From a virus, in the IMG/VR virus record IMGVR_UViG_3300037882_002578, positions 1 through 64,000 of that record: a stretch of DNA of 64,000 bases; one strand, given 5' to 3'. The notes beneath the pieces are model-generated. The model was not told the DNA's origin, made no database searches, and was given only the letters and a program-made list of their open reading frames with translations. Below are positions 8,712 to 17,831 of this stretch, piece by piece. Each line of letters starts with the position of its first letter. Positions within the stretch are counted from its first letter, which is position 1. A program made the position numbers and the translations under genes.

Positions 8712-8729
8712 ACTTCCTAATTTATTATG

Positions 8730-8978
8730 TTAAAGTTTTGCTAAAATATTTTGCTTAACAATTACTAAGTATTCTTTCCCTTCATTTACTAGTTTTGTAC
8801 CTGAATCTTCAGATAATTTTAAAGTATCTCCTTCTTTTAATTTAGAAATTACTTCCTCTCCTACAGATATAACTTTAACCGTATTATTAAATACCTTTTC
8901 TGTACTTACTGTAATACCATTAATTTTATTATCTTCAAGTATTTTTTCTACAATTATTCTTTCGCCGAATGCCTTCAT
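8730..8978 (-). CDS. groES: co-chaperonin GroES
   Basis: KAFGERIIVEK, VKVISVGE, LKEGD, EYLVIVKQNILAK typical of Cpn10. Confidence 0.9.
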   Translation of the reverse strand: MKAFGERIIVEKILEDNKINGITVSTEKVFNNTVKVISVGEEVISKLKEGDTLKLSEDSGTKLVNEGKEYLVIVKQNILAKL

Positions 8979-9122
8979 AAATTCTTTTCAAAGTTTTCAA
9001 GAGTTTTTTGATTAAACTCATATATTTCTGTAAATCTTTTTTTATCTTTTTCCCACTCTCCCTTTGCTTTTGGAAAGAGCATTTCTAAATCTCCTGACTC
9101 TAAAAGAGAGTCGTATGCTTTT

Positions 9123-9362
9123 TTAACTGCTGACATAGCTTCTTGTTTTCAAAATTTCTATTAGTTCTAAATAGTCTTTATCTTCTAACTGTTGAGGTAT
9201 ACCTTTAATCTCTATTTTTACTTTATCTTTTGCGCCAGAATCATTTAAAAGATTAACTAAAAAGAAGTAAGTATCTTTCTCTTGAGAAAAAGCTAAGTAG
9301 GTACATTTAGCACCTACCGCTTTTTTAACTTGAGCTAATCTATCTTTAAAATAATTTACCAT
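9123..9362 (-). CDS. hypothetical protein
   Basis: 79-aa ORF in operon. Confidence 0.6.
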   Translation of the reverse strand: MVNYFKDRLAQVKKAVGAKCTYLAFSQEKDTYFFLVNLLNDSGAKDKVKIEIKGIPQQLEDKDYLELIEILKTRSYVSS

Positions 9363-9772
9363 TATTGTACAACTTCTAATTTACTAGCTTCAAACTGTCT
9401 TTGTAATTCTTCTACGTCTGTTGTTAGCCCTTGCTCAATATTTCTTTGATGAATAATCATAATCAATTCTCTAGCGGCTAACATTTCTTGCGTAACTTTT
9501 CCATCATAAGAAATAACTCTATTTTCCAAAGAAAATGTTTTTTCTGGACTAACTGTTTCTACAACTTTACCATCTTTAAGTTGTTTTTGAGTTGGTTTTT
9601 CTACGTACTCTCCTGTATCTACATTTACAAAAGTTTTTACTTCTGGGAAACTAGTACTTGCTAAAGCATTTAATCCTTGTTCTACTGCAGTTTTTAAAAG
9701 TACATATTCTTGAGCTGAAATTGTAATTTGTTCTGCCCCAGAATACCATTGGTTTGAAAGTGTTTTTTTCAT
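9362..9772 (-). CDS. hypothetical protein
   Basis: 136-aa ORF with overlapping start/stop junctions. Confidence 0.75.
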   Translation of the reverse strand: MKKTLSNQWYSGAEQITISAQEYVLLKTAVEQGLNALASTSFPEVKTFVNVDTGEYVEKPTQKQLKDGKVVETVSPEKTFSLENRVISYDGKVTQEMLAARELIMIIHQRNIEQGLTTDVEELQRQFEASKLEVVQ

Positions 9773-10020
9773 TTATTTATGCTAATTATTGTATATTTAT
9801 TATTTTCTGTTTTTTCATATCCGCTTGATTCAAACTCTCCAAAAATATAGTGGCTAATTTTTAAAAATTCATTGTTAACTTTGAAGTCCTCTACGTTTAT
9901 TTTTTTAGCAGCTATTAAATTTAGATTTTCATCAACTATATAAGGACATCCTCCATATTCCCTGACAAATATATCTCCTCTAAATATTTCCTTATCAAAT
10001 ATGACTTTTATACTTTTCAT
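9769..10020 (-). CDS. hypothetical protein
   Basis: 83-aa ORF. Confidence 0.6.
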   Translation of the reverse strand: MKSIKVIFDKEIFRGDIFVREYGGCPYIVDENLNLIAAKKINVEDFKVNNEFLKISHYIFGEFESSGYEKTENNKYTIISINK

Positions 10021-10108
10021 TCTCTTATTTTAAAGCCAACTCAAAAGGTTTTTAGTCCTCGCCAGGGAAATGCCCTAGACTCGATGGCTTATATTATGTT
10101 AATTTATT

Positions 10109-10795
10109 TTAGAAGGGTAGGTCATTACTAACTTCCTCTTTTTTAGGTGTTTCTGTTTTTGGAGTTGCTGTTTGCACAGGTGCTTGAGTAGGAGTGCTTA
10201 CTGATTTAAATCTTTCTTCTATCTCTTTAATTTTCGCAGTAAAAAATTTATTTACAGGCTTCCAATTCCAAGTAACCTCTCCATCATCTTCGTCAACTTC
10301 TTTTTCTGCTTTAGGAATTTCAACATAAGGAATAAATCCAGTACCTAAACCTTTACGGTTTTCTCCTAATCTACCTGTATAATTAATATAAATATTAAGG
10401 TTTTCTTTTTCTACGCCTGCCTTATTGGTATATTTACTTTTAGCTGTAGATAATGTAACTTCTTCTCCTAACTCTAAACCGTTTAAAGCTGAAATTAAAG
10501 TCTTAACTTCGTCTGTATACCCGTTTTTGTTTTTTAAAGCAGTTGATACTTTATTAGACACTTCTCCGTCTACAAGTGTAAGTTCTAAAAACTTTAAAGT
10601 TCTATTTTGATATTGAATCTCTTTAGTCTCAAAATACTTTGGAATTCCTTTAATACTTGAATGGTATTGGTGATAAGTTTTGTCTTTAACTTCTCCCGTT
10701 CCGTATAACACCTCTTCAAATCCCTCTTGAGGTGTTTTGCTTTTTAGGTATAGCTTACCTTTCCCTGAGGAAATCGAATAATTCTTGTACTCCAT
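10109..10795 (-). CDS. ssb: single-stranded DNA-binding protein (crAss-like type)
   Basis: beta-rich body, Pro/Thr linker, C-terminal NDLPF tail characteristic of Bacteroidota SSBs. Confidence 0.75.
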   Translation of the reverse strand: MEYKNYSISSGKGKLYLKSKTPQEGFEEVLYGTGEVKDKTYHQYHSSIKGIPKYFETKEIQYQNRTLKFLELTLVDGEVSNKVSTALKNKNGYTDEVKTLISALNGLELGEEVTLSTAKSKYTNKAGVEKENLNIYINYTGRLGENRKGLGTGFIPYVEIPKAEKEVDEDDGEVTWNWKPVNKFFTAKIKEIEERFKSVSTPTQAPVQTATPKTETPKKEEVSNDLPF

Positions 10796-10810
10796 GTCAA
10801 TTTTTGTTTG

Positions 10811-11275
10811 TTATGTACTCTTTAATTTATTTCTTGTTAATTTATTTTTTATTTCGCCGAAAAAGTAAATTACAGACTCTTTAAATACTTCAAAAGGAGT
10901 CATCTGAGCTACTTTTATCCTACCATAAACTTCAAAGATATCTTCTTCTACAAAGTACTCTCTTCCATCTTTAAACTGAATCAAAGTTCCAAACTCTTCA
11001 GCTTCTACTGCGGTAGAAAAATCAGTCATATCTAAGAATCTATTTTGAAAGTCATAGGTAAACTCACCTTCTTCTAACTTCATAAAACCATCTTCAGATA
11101 TTAAGTTCTCTTCATTTAAAAGTTCCTTTGGGGGCTTCATCCCTAGCTTGTCATAGAAATCTAAATCGTACTCTGAATCAGAACTTTTAGAAGTAGCTTT
11201 TTTAACTTTTTCTTCTCCTTTCTCGCTAAGTATTGTAATAACTTCAGTGAAAAAGACGTAATTTACTTTTTTCAT
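10811..11275 (-). CDS. hypothetical acidic protein
   Basis: 154-aa ORF. Confidence 0.7.
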   Translation of the reverse strand: MKKVNYVFFTEVITILSEKGEEKVKKATSKSSDSEYDLDFYDKLGMKPPKELLNEENLISEDGFMKLEEGEFTYDFQNRFLDMTDFSTAVEAEEFGTLIQFKDGREYFVEEDIFEVYGRIKVAQMTPFEVFKESVIYFFGEIKNKLTRNKLKST

Positions 11276-11289
11276 ATATTTAATTTAAA

Positions 11290-11422
11290 AAGAGAGTTGT
11301 TAATAACGTACCCCTTGGGGTAGATTTCCGAACGATGTATATTATAGTATAGTCCCTTTTTCAATCGCTTTTGCAGGGGTATTAAAGTATTTCTACCAAC
11401 TTCATTTGTACGTCACTCTCTT
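11290..11422 (-). ncRNA. candidate rod-shaped small RNA or structured leader
   Basis: nested stems AAGAGAG/CTCTCTT, ACGTAC/GTACGT, GGTAGA/TCTACC; promoter upstream at 11433-11465; 3' U-tract. Confidence 0.45.
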
Positions 11423-11466
11423 ATTTTGTTAGGTAAATATAAAACTTTTATTTGACTTGTGCAAAT

Positions 11467-12204
11467 TTATTTTAAATTTTCTTGGTCAAGTACCATGCTC
11501 ATATTACAAAGAACCGCAGTTAAATGTTCTTTAAAGCTTTCTGGGTCATTTTCAATAGGTTGCAACATTTTTCTAATATGTCTAAATGCAGCCCAAACTA
11601 AAGAATGTTTATCTAAAGGTTTTTTCATATTACCTTTTGGATATTTGTGTTTATTAGCTGTAAACCTTTCAGCCATTAAATCTAAAATTTGTAAGTTTAT
11701 TTCAGAGTAATCTAGTTTACCATCAGTTTCTTTTACCCCTTCTTTACTTTTTACTTTAAAATCCCATATCTTTTTTAAATTTTCACCAGAGCTATCTAAG
11801 TAATTAGAAGCTTTCATCATATTGGGAATCGTATAGTTTGGTTCTTCTAAAGTTACTAATAAAGTGTCTGTACCATTATGACCTAGTGGAAATACAACCT
11901 CTTTTTTTATATTATTAAGTGTTTCTACTTGTTCACTTTTTATTTTAGATTGATATCCAAATCCTGTAATTATATCATCAAATAGGAAGTTTGTTTCTAC
12001 CCTTCCTCCATTTTGTCTTTGATGTTGTTCTACTTCTTTCAATAATTTTTCTGTTTTATTTAATTCTTTTTTCGGCGAAAAATAATGAACATTAAGTCCT
12101 TTTACAGAAACAGTAGTATTATTATCAACTAACTCTCTAATCTCATCTATGGTTTTACTTTCATTATTAAAAAAGTATTTAAAACCGCTTCCTTTAAATT
12201 CCAT
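11467..12204 (-). CDS. dATP/dGTP diphosphohydrolase-domain protein (DUF5664-like C-terminus)
   Basis: KLDYSEI...ERFTANKHKYPKGNMKK...AAFRH...HLTAVLCN pattern. Confidence 0.7.
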   Translation of the reverse strand: MEFKGSGFKYFFNNESKTIDEIRELVDNNTTVSVKGLNVHYFSPKKELNKTEKLLKEVEQHQRQNGGRVETNFLFDDIITGFGYQSKIKSEQVETLNNIKKEVVFPLGHNGTDTLLVTLEEPNYTIPNMMKASNYLDSSGENLKKIWDFKVKSKEGVKETDGKLDYSEINLQILDLMAERFTANKHKYPKGNMKKPLDKHSLVWAAFRHIRKMLQPIENDPESFKEHLTAVLCNMSMVLDQENLK

Positions 12205-12207
12205 TTT

Positions 12208-12474
12208 TTATTTTTTTCTTAAAAATACACTTTCTAATTCTACCTCGTCCTCTCCCCAGTCTTCACTATGTTCATTATATTGATATGACAATAAATAACC
12301 ATCTCTTTCCCACTCTACTTGAAAATAAAATAAGGTATATTTACTTCCGTTTCTAAAATACCCATCTTCTTCTCTTTCAACTTCTATCCAGTTGTCTTCA
12401 TCTATCTTTTCTAAATATAAGCAGTAATCTGTTAACTCAGTTTCTGTTGATTTTAATAACTCTTCGTTTGTCAT
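12208..12474 (-). CDS. hypothetical acidic protein
   Basis: 88-aa ORF. Confidence 0.6.
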   Translation of the reverse strand: MTNEELLKSTETELTDYCLYLEKIDEDNWIEVEREEDGYFRNGSKYTLFYFQVEWERDGYLLSYQYNEHSEDWGEDEVELESVFLRKK

Positions 12475-12477
12475 TTT

Positions 12478-12678
12478 TTATAATCTTTGCTTAATAATTG
12501 CGTTTATTTTTTCAATAAAAATATTCCGCATGTAATTATAATCACATTTTTCTCCTGCAAATTCATCAGGATTTTCAATTTTTACTAATTTGTCTAATAA
12601 CCAATATTGTTCAGCCCATTCTATAAACTCTTGACCTACTGTTAAGTTTTGATTAATTTCTGTAAAATCTTCTATCAT
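12478..12678 (-). CDS. hypothetical protein
   Basis: 66-aa ORF. Confidence 0.6.
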   Translation of the reverse strand: MIEDFTEINQNLTVGQEFIEWAEQYWLLDKLVKIENPDEFAGEKCDYNYMRNIFIEKINAIIKQRL

Positions 12679-12699
12679 TTTTACTTGTTTTAATTTATT

Positions 12700-13066
12700 A
12701 AAAAATTACTCTATGTTATTGGGCAAAGAAAAAACTAAACACAATATTAAAACCACTTCTTAATTGTTACCTCTGCAGTGGTGGTGGTTAACGATAGAGT
12801 AATTACAAAAAAGAATAAAAACTTGTGGTATCTCAAAACACATTAACTAACTTAAATTTAAGGATTAGTCTCTGTTACCAAAGACACAGGATGTTAGTTT
12901 CCCTGACCCGAAAAGATTTTTTAACTTAGTTTTTATTCAAATATTATAAATAGAATATCACTTGTAACATTATTATTAGTATTGTGTTGAGGCTGGTCTC
13001 TGCCTATTCAAGTTTTTTATTACCCTCTTAATTTCAAGGTTATTCAAACACACTTTTATCTATTTA
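12700..13066 (-). ncRNA. long structured non-coding leader or small-RNA cluster
   Basis: no ORF of 60 aa or more; several hairpins; promoter TTTG-N20-TATATTTG at 13072-13103. Confidence 0.4.
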
Positions 13067-13104
13067 CTATGCAAATATAATACTTTTATTTTAATTTTGC
13101 AAAT

Positions 13105-13854
13105 TTATTGTTTGTTATTTATAAAATTTCTATGGGCTTTATCAATTTCAGTTACCAATCTTCCACGCATCTGATAACTATCACCCATCTCAAAGACACA
13201 AACCCCTTCAATATCTTTAACAATATTAATAAAATCTTTAAATCCACTTCTATTACCTATGTCTGATTGAGTTTTACATCCGTTAATATAAAGTTTAGAG
13301 CCTTCTGCTAACCTAGTACTTATAGTAACAAGCTCTCTTAATTCGCAGTTTTGTGCCTCTGTTAAAACTATACATACGTTTCCTTTTCTACCACCTAAAG
13401 TTTTTCCTCTGATAAATCCAGGATATTCAAATCTAACTTTATTTTTAATTCTATCAAAAACTGCAGGTTTTAACATTCCTCTCATTTGGTCGTAAAATAT
13501 TTCCAAGTAAGGCATTAGCTTGTCATCCTCCGAACCTGGTAAAAATCCGATTTTAGATGAAGTTGCTTCTACAATAGTTCTCATAAAAATAACCTCTTCA
13601 AACTCTTTACTTATTAATCCTGACATGGCTCTAAAAACTTGTATAAAGTCCTTTCCTACGCCTGCAAACCCATCTAGAATAACAATATCATTTTCTCTGT
13701 GTAAGTTAACAATTGGTTTTTGAATATCTTTTAACTCAACAGTAAAATTATCTGAGTTTCTAGAGCTTATAGAATTGGAAGTTAATCCATGTTCTACAAC
13801 TTTCTCTTTCTTTTTAGGTTCTCTTTTAACAGGTGTTCTTTTTTGTGCTGTCAT
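13105..13854 (-). CDS. phoH: PhoH-family ATPase
   Basis: GFAGVGKD Walker A, GFLPG, FIRGKTL, LTEAQN, GCKTQSD motifs. Confidence 0.9.
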   Translation of the reverse strand: MTAQKRTPVKREPKKKEKVVEHGLTSNSISSRNSDNFTVELKDIQKPIVNLHRENDIVILDGFAGVGKDFIQVFRAMSGLISKEFEEVIFMRTIVEATSSKIGFLPGSEDDKLMPYLEIFYDQMRGMLKPAVFDRIKNKVRFEYPGFIRGKTLGGRKGNVCIVLTEAQNCELRELVTISTRLAEGSKLYINGCKTQSDIGNRSGFKDFINIVKDIEGVCVFEMGDSYQMRGRLVTEIDKAHRNFINNKQ

Positions 13855-14098
13855 TTAATGTGTTGTTAGTATTACTTTGTAAAGATAGAGATTATTTTTG
13901 TTATTTACAAATCTTTTTGCGGAAAATTTATACTTCAGTTACTGAAATTATATTAGAAAAAAGCTTATGATCTACAAATTTTTTAATTGCTTTCTCTCTA
14001 GTCTTAGCGAATATTATAGTATCATAATAAAACTTACCATATTTATACTTTATAATGAATTCTTTTTTAGGTTTCTTTTTAAATATATTCCACATAAT

Positions 14099-14518
14099 TT
14101 ATAAATCTTGTTTTAGATGCTTGGAGTAGATAGTTGCTTTTATCCAGTAGTTCAGGCACTTAGGGTCTGTTAATGCATCACTGCAAATTATTTGTTGTGT
14201 CTCTCTATATGTGGTTTCGGCACGAGAAAAAGTAAAAAAAAGAATTTCTTTCTCATATTTCATACCTTCTTTAATAAGCTTTTTTAATTCTATAGAACTA
14301 GAACAGTATGTTTGCCACGAATACTGCCCTTTACTTATACCTTTTTTTGCTCCACTTGTATAATTAGGTTTCCACATATATTTTTTTCCAAAATAAAATC
14401 TACCATCTCCAAGTGTTATTTTATATACGAACGCAAAAGAATTTTTTGGTGTTTTATCTATGTGGTCTATAACTTTACCTTGATATACCCAAGGAACTGT
14501 TTGTTTTTTTACTACCAT
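14099..14518 (-). CDS. GIY-YIG family nuclease (Seg-like)
   Basis: AFVYKIT...FYFGKK, YCSSS, KEIL...ETQQI...LNYWI. Confidence 0.75.
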   Translation of the reverse strand: MVVKKQTVPWVYQGKVIDHIDKTPKNSFAFVYKITLGDGRFYFGKKYMWKPNYTSGAKKGISKGQYSWQTYCSSSIELKKLIKEGMKYEKEILFFTFSRAETTYRETQQIICSDALTDPKCLNYWIKATIYSKHLKQDL

Positions 14519-14533
14519 ACTTCATTATATTGC

Positions 14534-14776
14534 TTAACATCGTTTTACATTACCATATTCAGGTATAAAAAATTGACTTACATTTTTAAATTCAGGTGCA
14601 AGTACACCCATAAACTTTAAACTTTGTATAGTATTATTATACGCCGTTTTTGTAAATTGTTCCCAAAAAATGTTATTAGTGTCTAATTCAATATTTATTT
14701 CCATAGGTATTTTATTATCAAATTGTTGATAATACTGATTTTTAAAATCTTCTATATTGTTTGCTTTTATTTTCAT
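14534..14776 (-). CDS. hypothetical protein
   Basis: 80-aa ORF. Confidence 0.6.
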   Translation of the reverse strand: MKIKANNIEDFKNQYYQQFDNKIPMEINIELDTNNIFWEQFTKTAYNNTIQSLKFMGVLAPEFKNVSQFFIPEYGNVKRC

Positions 14777-14801
14777 ATTTTATATTGAGATATAAGTTTT
14801 A

Positions 14802-14832
14802 AAAAAGTACAGAACCACTAACTGTACTTTTT
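14802..14832 (-). terminator. hairpin/terminator after recA
   Basis: AAAAAGTACAG-AACCACTAA-CTGTACTTTTT. Confidence 0.6.
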
Positions 14833-14851
14833 AGAGAGTTTTATGTGGTTT

Positions 14852-15850
14852 TTATTTAAAATTTTCTTTACATAAAGTTACAATTTCCATACATAATTCA
14901 GGGTTATCTTTTAAGGTAATTTTAGCTTTATCTTTACCTTGTCCAATATTTGTACCATCATAACTGAAAAAAGCTCCTGATTGTTTAACTATTCCTAAAT
15001 CAACTGCGTTATTTAAAATATCTAATTCAATATCAAAACCTAATTTATTATTATAAGGTAAGCTAAATTTAACTCCTCTATTACCTGATAATTTATCTTT
15101 ATTAATAGTTACATTTACATCTTGACCTACTGTTTTTCCGTCTTTATCTTTTGTATTGCTTCTTGTAAGGTATAGTTTTTGACTTGCGAAATCATGTATA
15201 GCTCTTCCCCCTGGTTCTTTAAATGGTTCAAAAACGTTTCCAATATTTTCGTAAAGGTGATTTGTAATAATAAGAGCAGCTTTAGATTTGTAAATTTTTC
15301 CCATAGAACGGCGAAAAAACTTTTTATAAGCTCTTGCTTGCAATCCCATCTGCTGTTCTTCCATAGTTGCTTGATATTCTCCTTTAGGAGCTAATGAATC
15401 AAATCCATCAAAAATTACAATATCTGCAACTTCACATAAATCTTCAACCATCTCAGCACCCTCTTCTAAATAAGTTGGTTGTAAAACATGGATTCTTTCT
15501 TTTTCAATTCCAAAATATTTATCAATCCATAAGTAAGAAGAGTCACTCCAATTAAACTCATTATCACAGAAACCTACTATACTATCTTTATTAGTCCCTG
15601 CAAGTGCTAAAGCCATAGAAGTCTTGCCACAAGATGCAAATGCCGAATAAGTTGTTATCTTTCCTTTAGCTGGTGCTCCTCCTAAGTACCTATCAAAAGA
15701 TAAAAATGGATTAACTAATCTTTCAACAGAAGTATCTATATCTTCTAAAGATTTAGGAGCTTCAAATATCTGTTCAGTTTTTTTGTACTTTGCATACATT
15801 TTATCAATTGCAGACAATTCTCCGCTTTCTTCTTTAATTTTTTTTGCCAT
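14852..15850 (-). CDS. recA: RecA-like recombinase
   Basis: SAFASCGKTS Walker A, DNEF, IFDGFDSLAPKGE, GLQAR, PGGRAI, KQSGAFFSY, GQGKDKA. Confidence 0.92.
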   Translation of the reverse strand: MAKKIKEESGELSAIDKMYAKYKKTEQIFEAPKSLEDIDTSVERLVNPFLSFDRYLGGAPAKGKITTYSAFASCGKTSMALALAGTNKDSIVGFCDNEFNWSDSSYLWIDKYFGIEKERIHVLQPTYLEEGAEMVEDLCEVADIVIFDGFDSLAPKGEYQATMEEQQMGLQARAYKKFFRRSMGKIYKSKAALIITNHLYENIGNVFEPFKEPGGRAIHDFASQKLYLTRSNTKDKDGKTVGQDVNVTINKDKLSGNRGVKFSLPYNNKLGFDIELDILNNAVDLGIVKQSGAFFSYDGTNIGQGKDKAKITLKDNPELCMEIVTLCKENFK

Positions 15851-16983
15851 TTTTTATTTATATTTATTTTACTAAAACACTCACTATAACCCCCAAATTT
15901 TATTTTTGGTAAATACTTATTTTCCTTATTCTCTTTTAATAGACTATCTTCTAATGTACTGATGTACTTACCATCATCTGACTCAAAAATTTGTAAAATT
16001 TCATACTGATAATTATTTATTAATGTCCTATCTTTTAAAAACCTATTTATAATTTTATGAAAAGTTTTACCTATTTTATAAAACTCTTCTTCATCATTCC
16101 AACATCTAATTATATAAACTTTAAAACTATCAAAATTTTTAGATGTCTTACTCATTTCAATCCATCTACTATGTGTCCAACCTCTATTATTAAATTTTAA
16201 ATTATTACTTCTTTTAATTAAACTACATTTATTGCACCCATGACCAAAAATATGACTATTTTGAATCTGTTTAAAAATACCATGTTGAGGGCATATTATA
16301 TTCAATTTTAACCCCTTACCTAAATCAGACTGCTTAATTAAAGAATAGTCGTATTTATAATCATGTTTAATATTACATTCTTGAATATACTCTTCTAAAT
16401 TATAATCGTGAACACCCATACATTTTGGACAATTTGAACCTGAAATATGTGCATGTGCCTCTTGATTAAAAAATCCATGTTTACCACAATATATTTTAAC
16501 TCTATTATCTGATTTTGTATACTCAGAAAACCTATAATTATATTTACACCCTCTTTTTTCTCTAACCATATTTTTCCAATAATCAGTAGGAGATATTGCA
16601 GATTTTATATGTGGAACTTTACCCTGAGTTAAATTAAAAAATGTTGTTTTACAAATCCCATATTTATTTTGAATATAACAAACCCCTAAAGTCTTATTGT
16701 ATTTGTTCATTATTCTAAATTCTCCATTCATATAAGACTTATTATTAATTAATAATACACTTTTAAAATACTTATCTTTATCCACAGCAGATTCTATACT
16801 TATAGAAACATTATTTAATAACCTGTTGGGTGTTGTTTTAGATATACCAAAACAGTCCTCTACTATAATAGGATTTATACTTCCATTATATTCACTTAAA
16901 ATTTTAATCTCGTCATTAATATATTGAGTGTTAACCTCAGACAGTCTATTTAAAAAATCAGTATGTGTTAATTTTTTAGGCAT
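15745..16983 (-). CDS. putative homing endonuclease (DUF723-like zinc-ribbon repeats plus degenerate GIY-YIG C-terminus)
   Basis: CGKHG/CPQHG, CPKC repeats, VYIIRCWND...YKIGKT, GYSECF. Confidence 0.75.
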   Translation of the reverse strand: MPKKLTHTDFLNRLSEVNTQYINDEIKILSEYNGSINPIIVEDCFGISKTTPNRLLNNVSISIESAVDKDKYFKSVLLINNKSYMNGEFRIMNKYNKTLGVCYIQNKYGICKTTFFNLTQGKVPHIKSAISPTDYWKNMVREKRGCKYNYRFSEYTKSDNRVKIYCGKHGFFNQEAHAHISGSNCPKCMGVHDYNLEEYIQECNIKHDYKYDYSLIKQSDLGKGLKLNIICPQHGIFKQIQNSHIFGHGCNKCSLIKRSNNLKFNNRGWTHSRWIEMSKTSKNFDSFKVYIIRCWNDEEEFYKIGKTFHKIINRFLKDRTLINNYQYEILQIFESDDGKYISTLEDSLLKENKENKYLPKIKFGGYSECFSKININKKWQKKLKKKAENCLQLIKCMQSTKKLNRYLKLLNL

Positions 16984-17389
16984 TGGTTTTCAGCATTGAT
17001 AAACGAGAGCTCAATGAGTTAAGGATTTGTTGAACTGACATCAACACTATCTCTGCCCTCTTCTTCTTTCTTAAAGATTCCTTACAGTTATCAACTTCTT
17101 CGTTACATTCTATCCTTGCTCTATTTGCTGCTTCTGCAATAGTCATTGACTTACCATCATTATCTTTTTGAGTCCTCCAAAACTGCTCTCTTTCTGCCAT
17201 TTTACTTTTACGAATATGCTCGTTTCTGTCGTAATCAGAAATATATTCAGAAAAACTGTCTGATAAAAAGAAAAGATTTAAACTTATCTTCTCTCTTAAA
17301 GTTTGCAATCTATCTAAATCAAAACTTTCCCTATTTTCTGAATAATCTTCTATAAGATGATTTAATATTGCCCATGAATCTTTACTCAT
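16976..17389 (-). CDS. helical hypothetical protein (possible recombination mediator)
   Basis: coiled-coil, located between ninG-like gene and recA. Confidence 0.6.
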   Translation of the reverse strand: MSKDSWAILNHLIEDYSENRESFDLDRLQTLREKISLNLFFLSDSFSEYISDYDRNEHIRKSKMAEREQFWRTQKDNDGKSMTIAEAANRARIECNEEVDNCKESLRKKKRAEIVLMSVQQILNSLSSRLSMLKTNA

Positions 17390-17831
17390 TTCTAAACCTA
17401 TTTATTATTTCTATATAATCTCCTTTGTAAAATATTTTCATTTCTTTTGACCGTTCTGTTAATTTGTCAAATTCTTCTTGACCATATTTTTCAATTAAAA
17501 AATCTTCGTACTCTTTGTGATGTTTTGACTTATAACCTTCTACTTGAACTTGTGCATCAAAAGTATTTGAGTTAGCAGAAACTAAGTGGCAATTTATTAA
17601 ATCATATCGGGTGTTCATTATACCTCTGTCATAGTAATGAGCTACATGTATGTTACTTTTTTGATACCATTGTTTTTTTATAGGGCATCTAACCATTGCA
17701 TCAAAATCTCTTTCATTATTGCTTAATAAGTATTGTCTTAACCAATAGTCAGCAACTTTTTTTAAATCTGAATTAGATAAACTTTCTAAATTTTCTGTAT
17801 TATAGTCTAACTTTTTATACTTGTATTTCAA
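17382..17831 (-). CDS. NinG/Rap-like Holliday junction endonuclease
   Basis: RCPI...HVAHYYDRG...TRYDLINCH...N...EYEDFLIEKYG pattern. Confidence 0.75.
   Translation of the reverse strand: MKYKYKKLDYNTENLESLSNSDLKKVADYWLRQYLLSNNERDFDAMVRCPIKKQWYQKSNIHVAHYYDRGIMNTRYDLINCHLVSANSNTFDAQVQVEGYKSKHHKEYEDFLIEKYGQEEFDKLTERSKEMKIFYKGDYIEIINRFRNE

Noticed and set aside
7300-8720. Interpreting hairpins A and B as terminators or tRNA-like RNAs
   Set aside because: They are far longer than terminators, separate terminators flank them, and the cross-site flank complementarity is not explained by an RNA role; an RNA function is not fully excluded.
4300-13070. CRISPR mini-array
   Set aside because: No regularly spaced identical repeats with unique spacers; the 4.3-4.8 kb motifs are irregular and the 13012 element is single.
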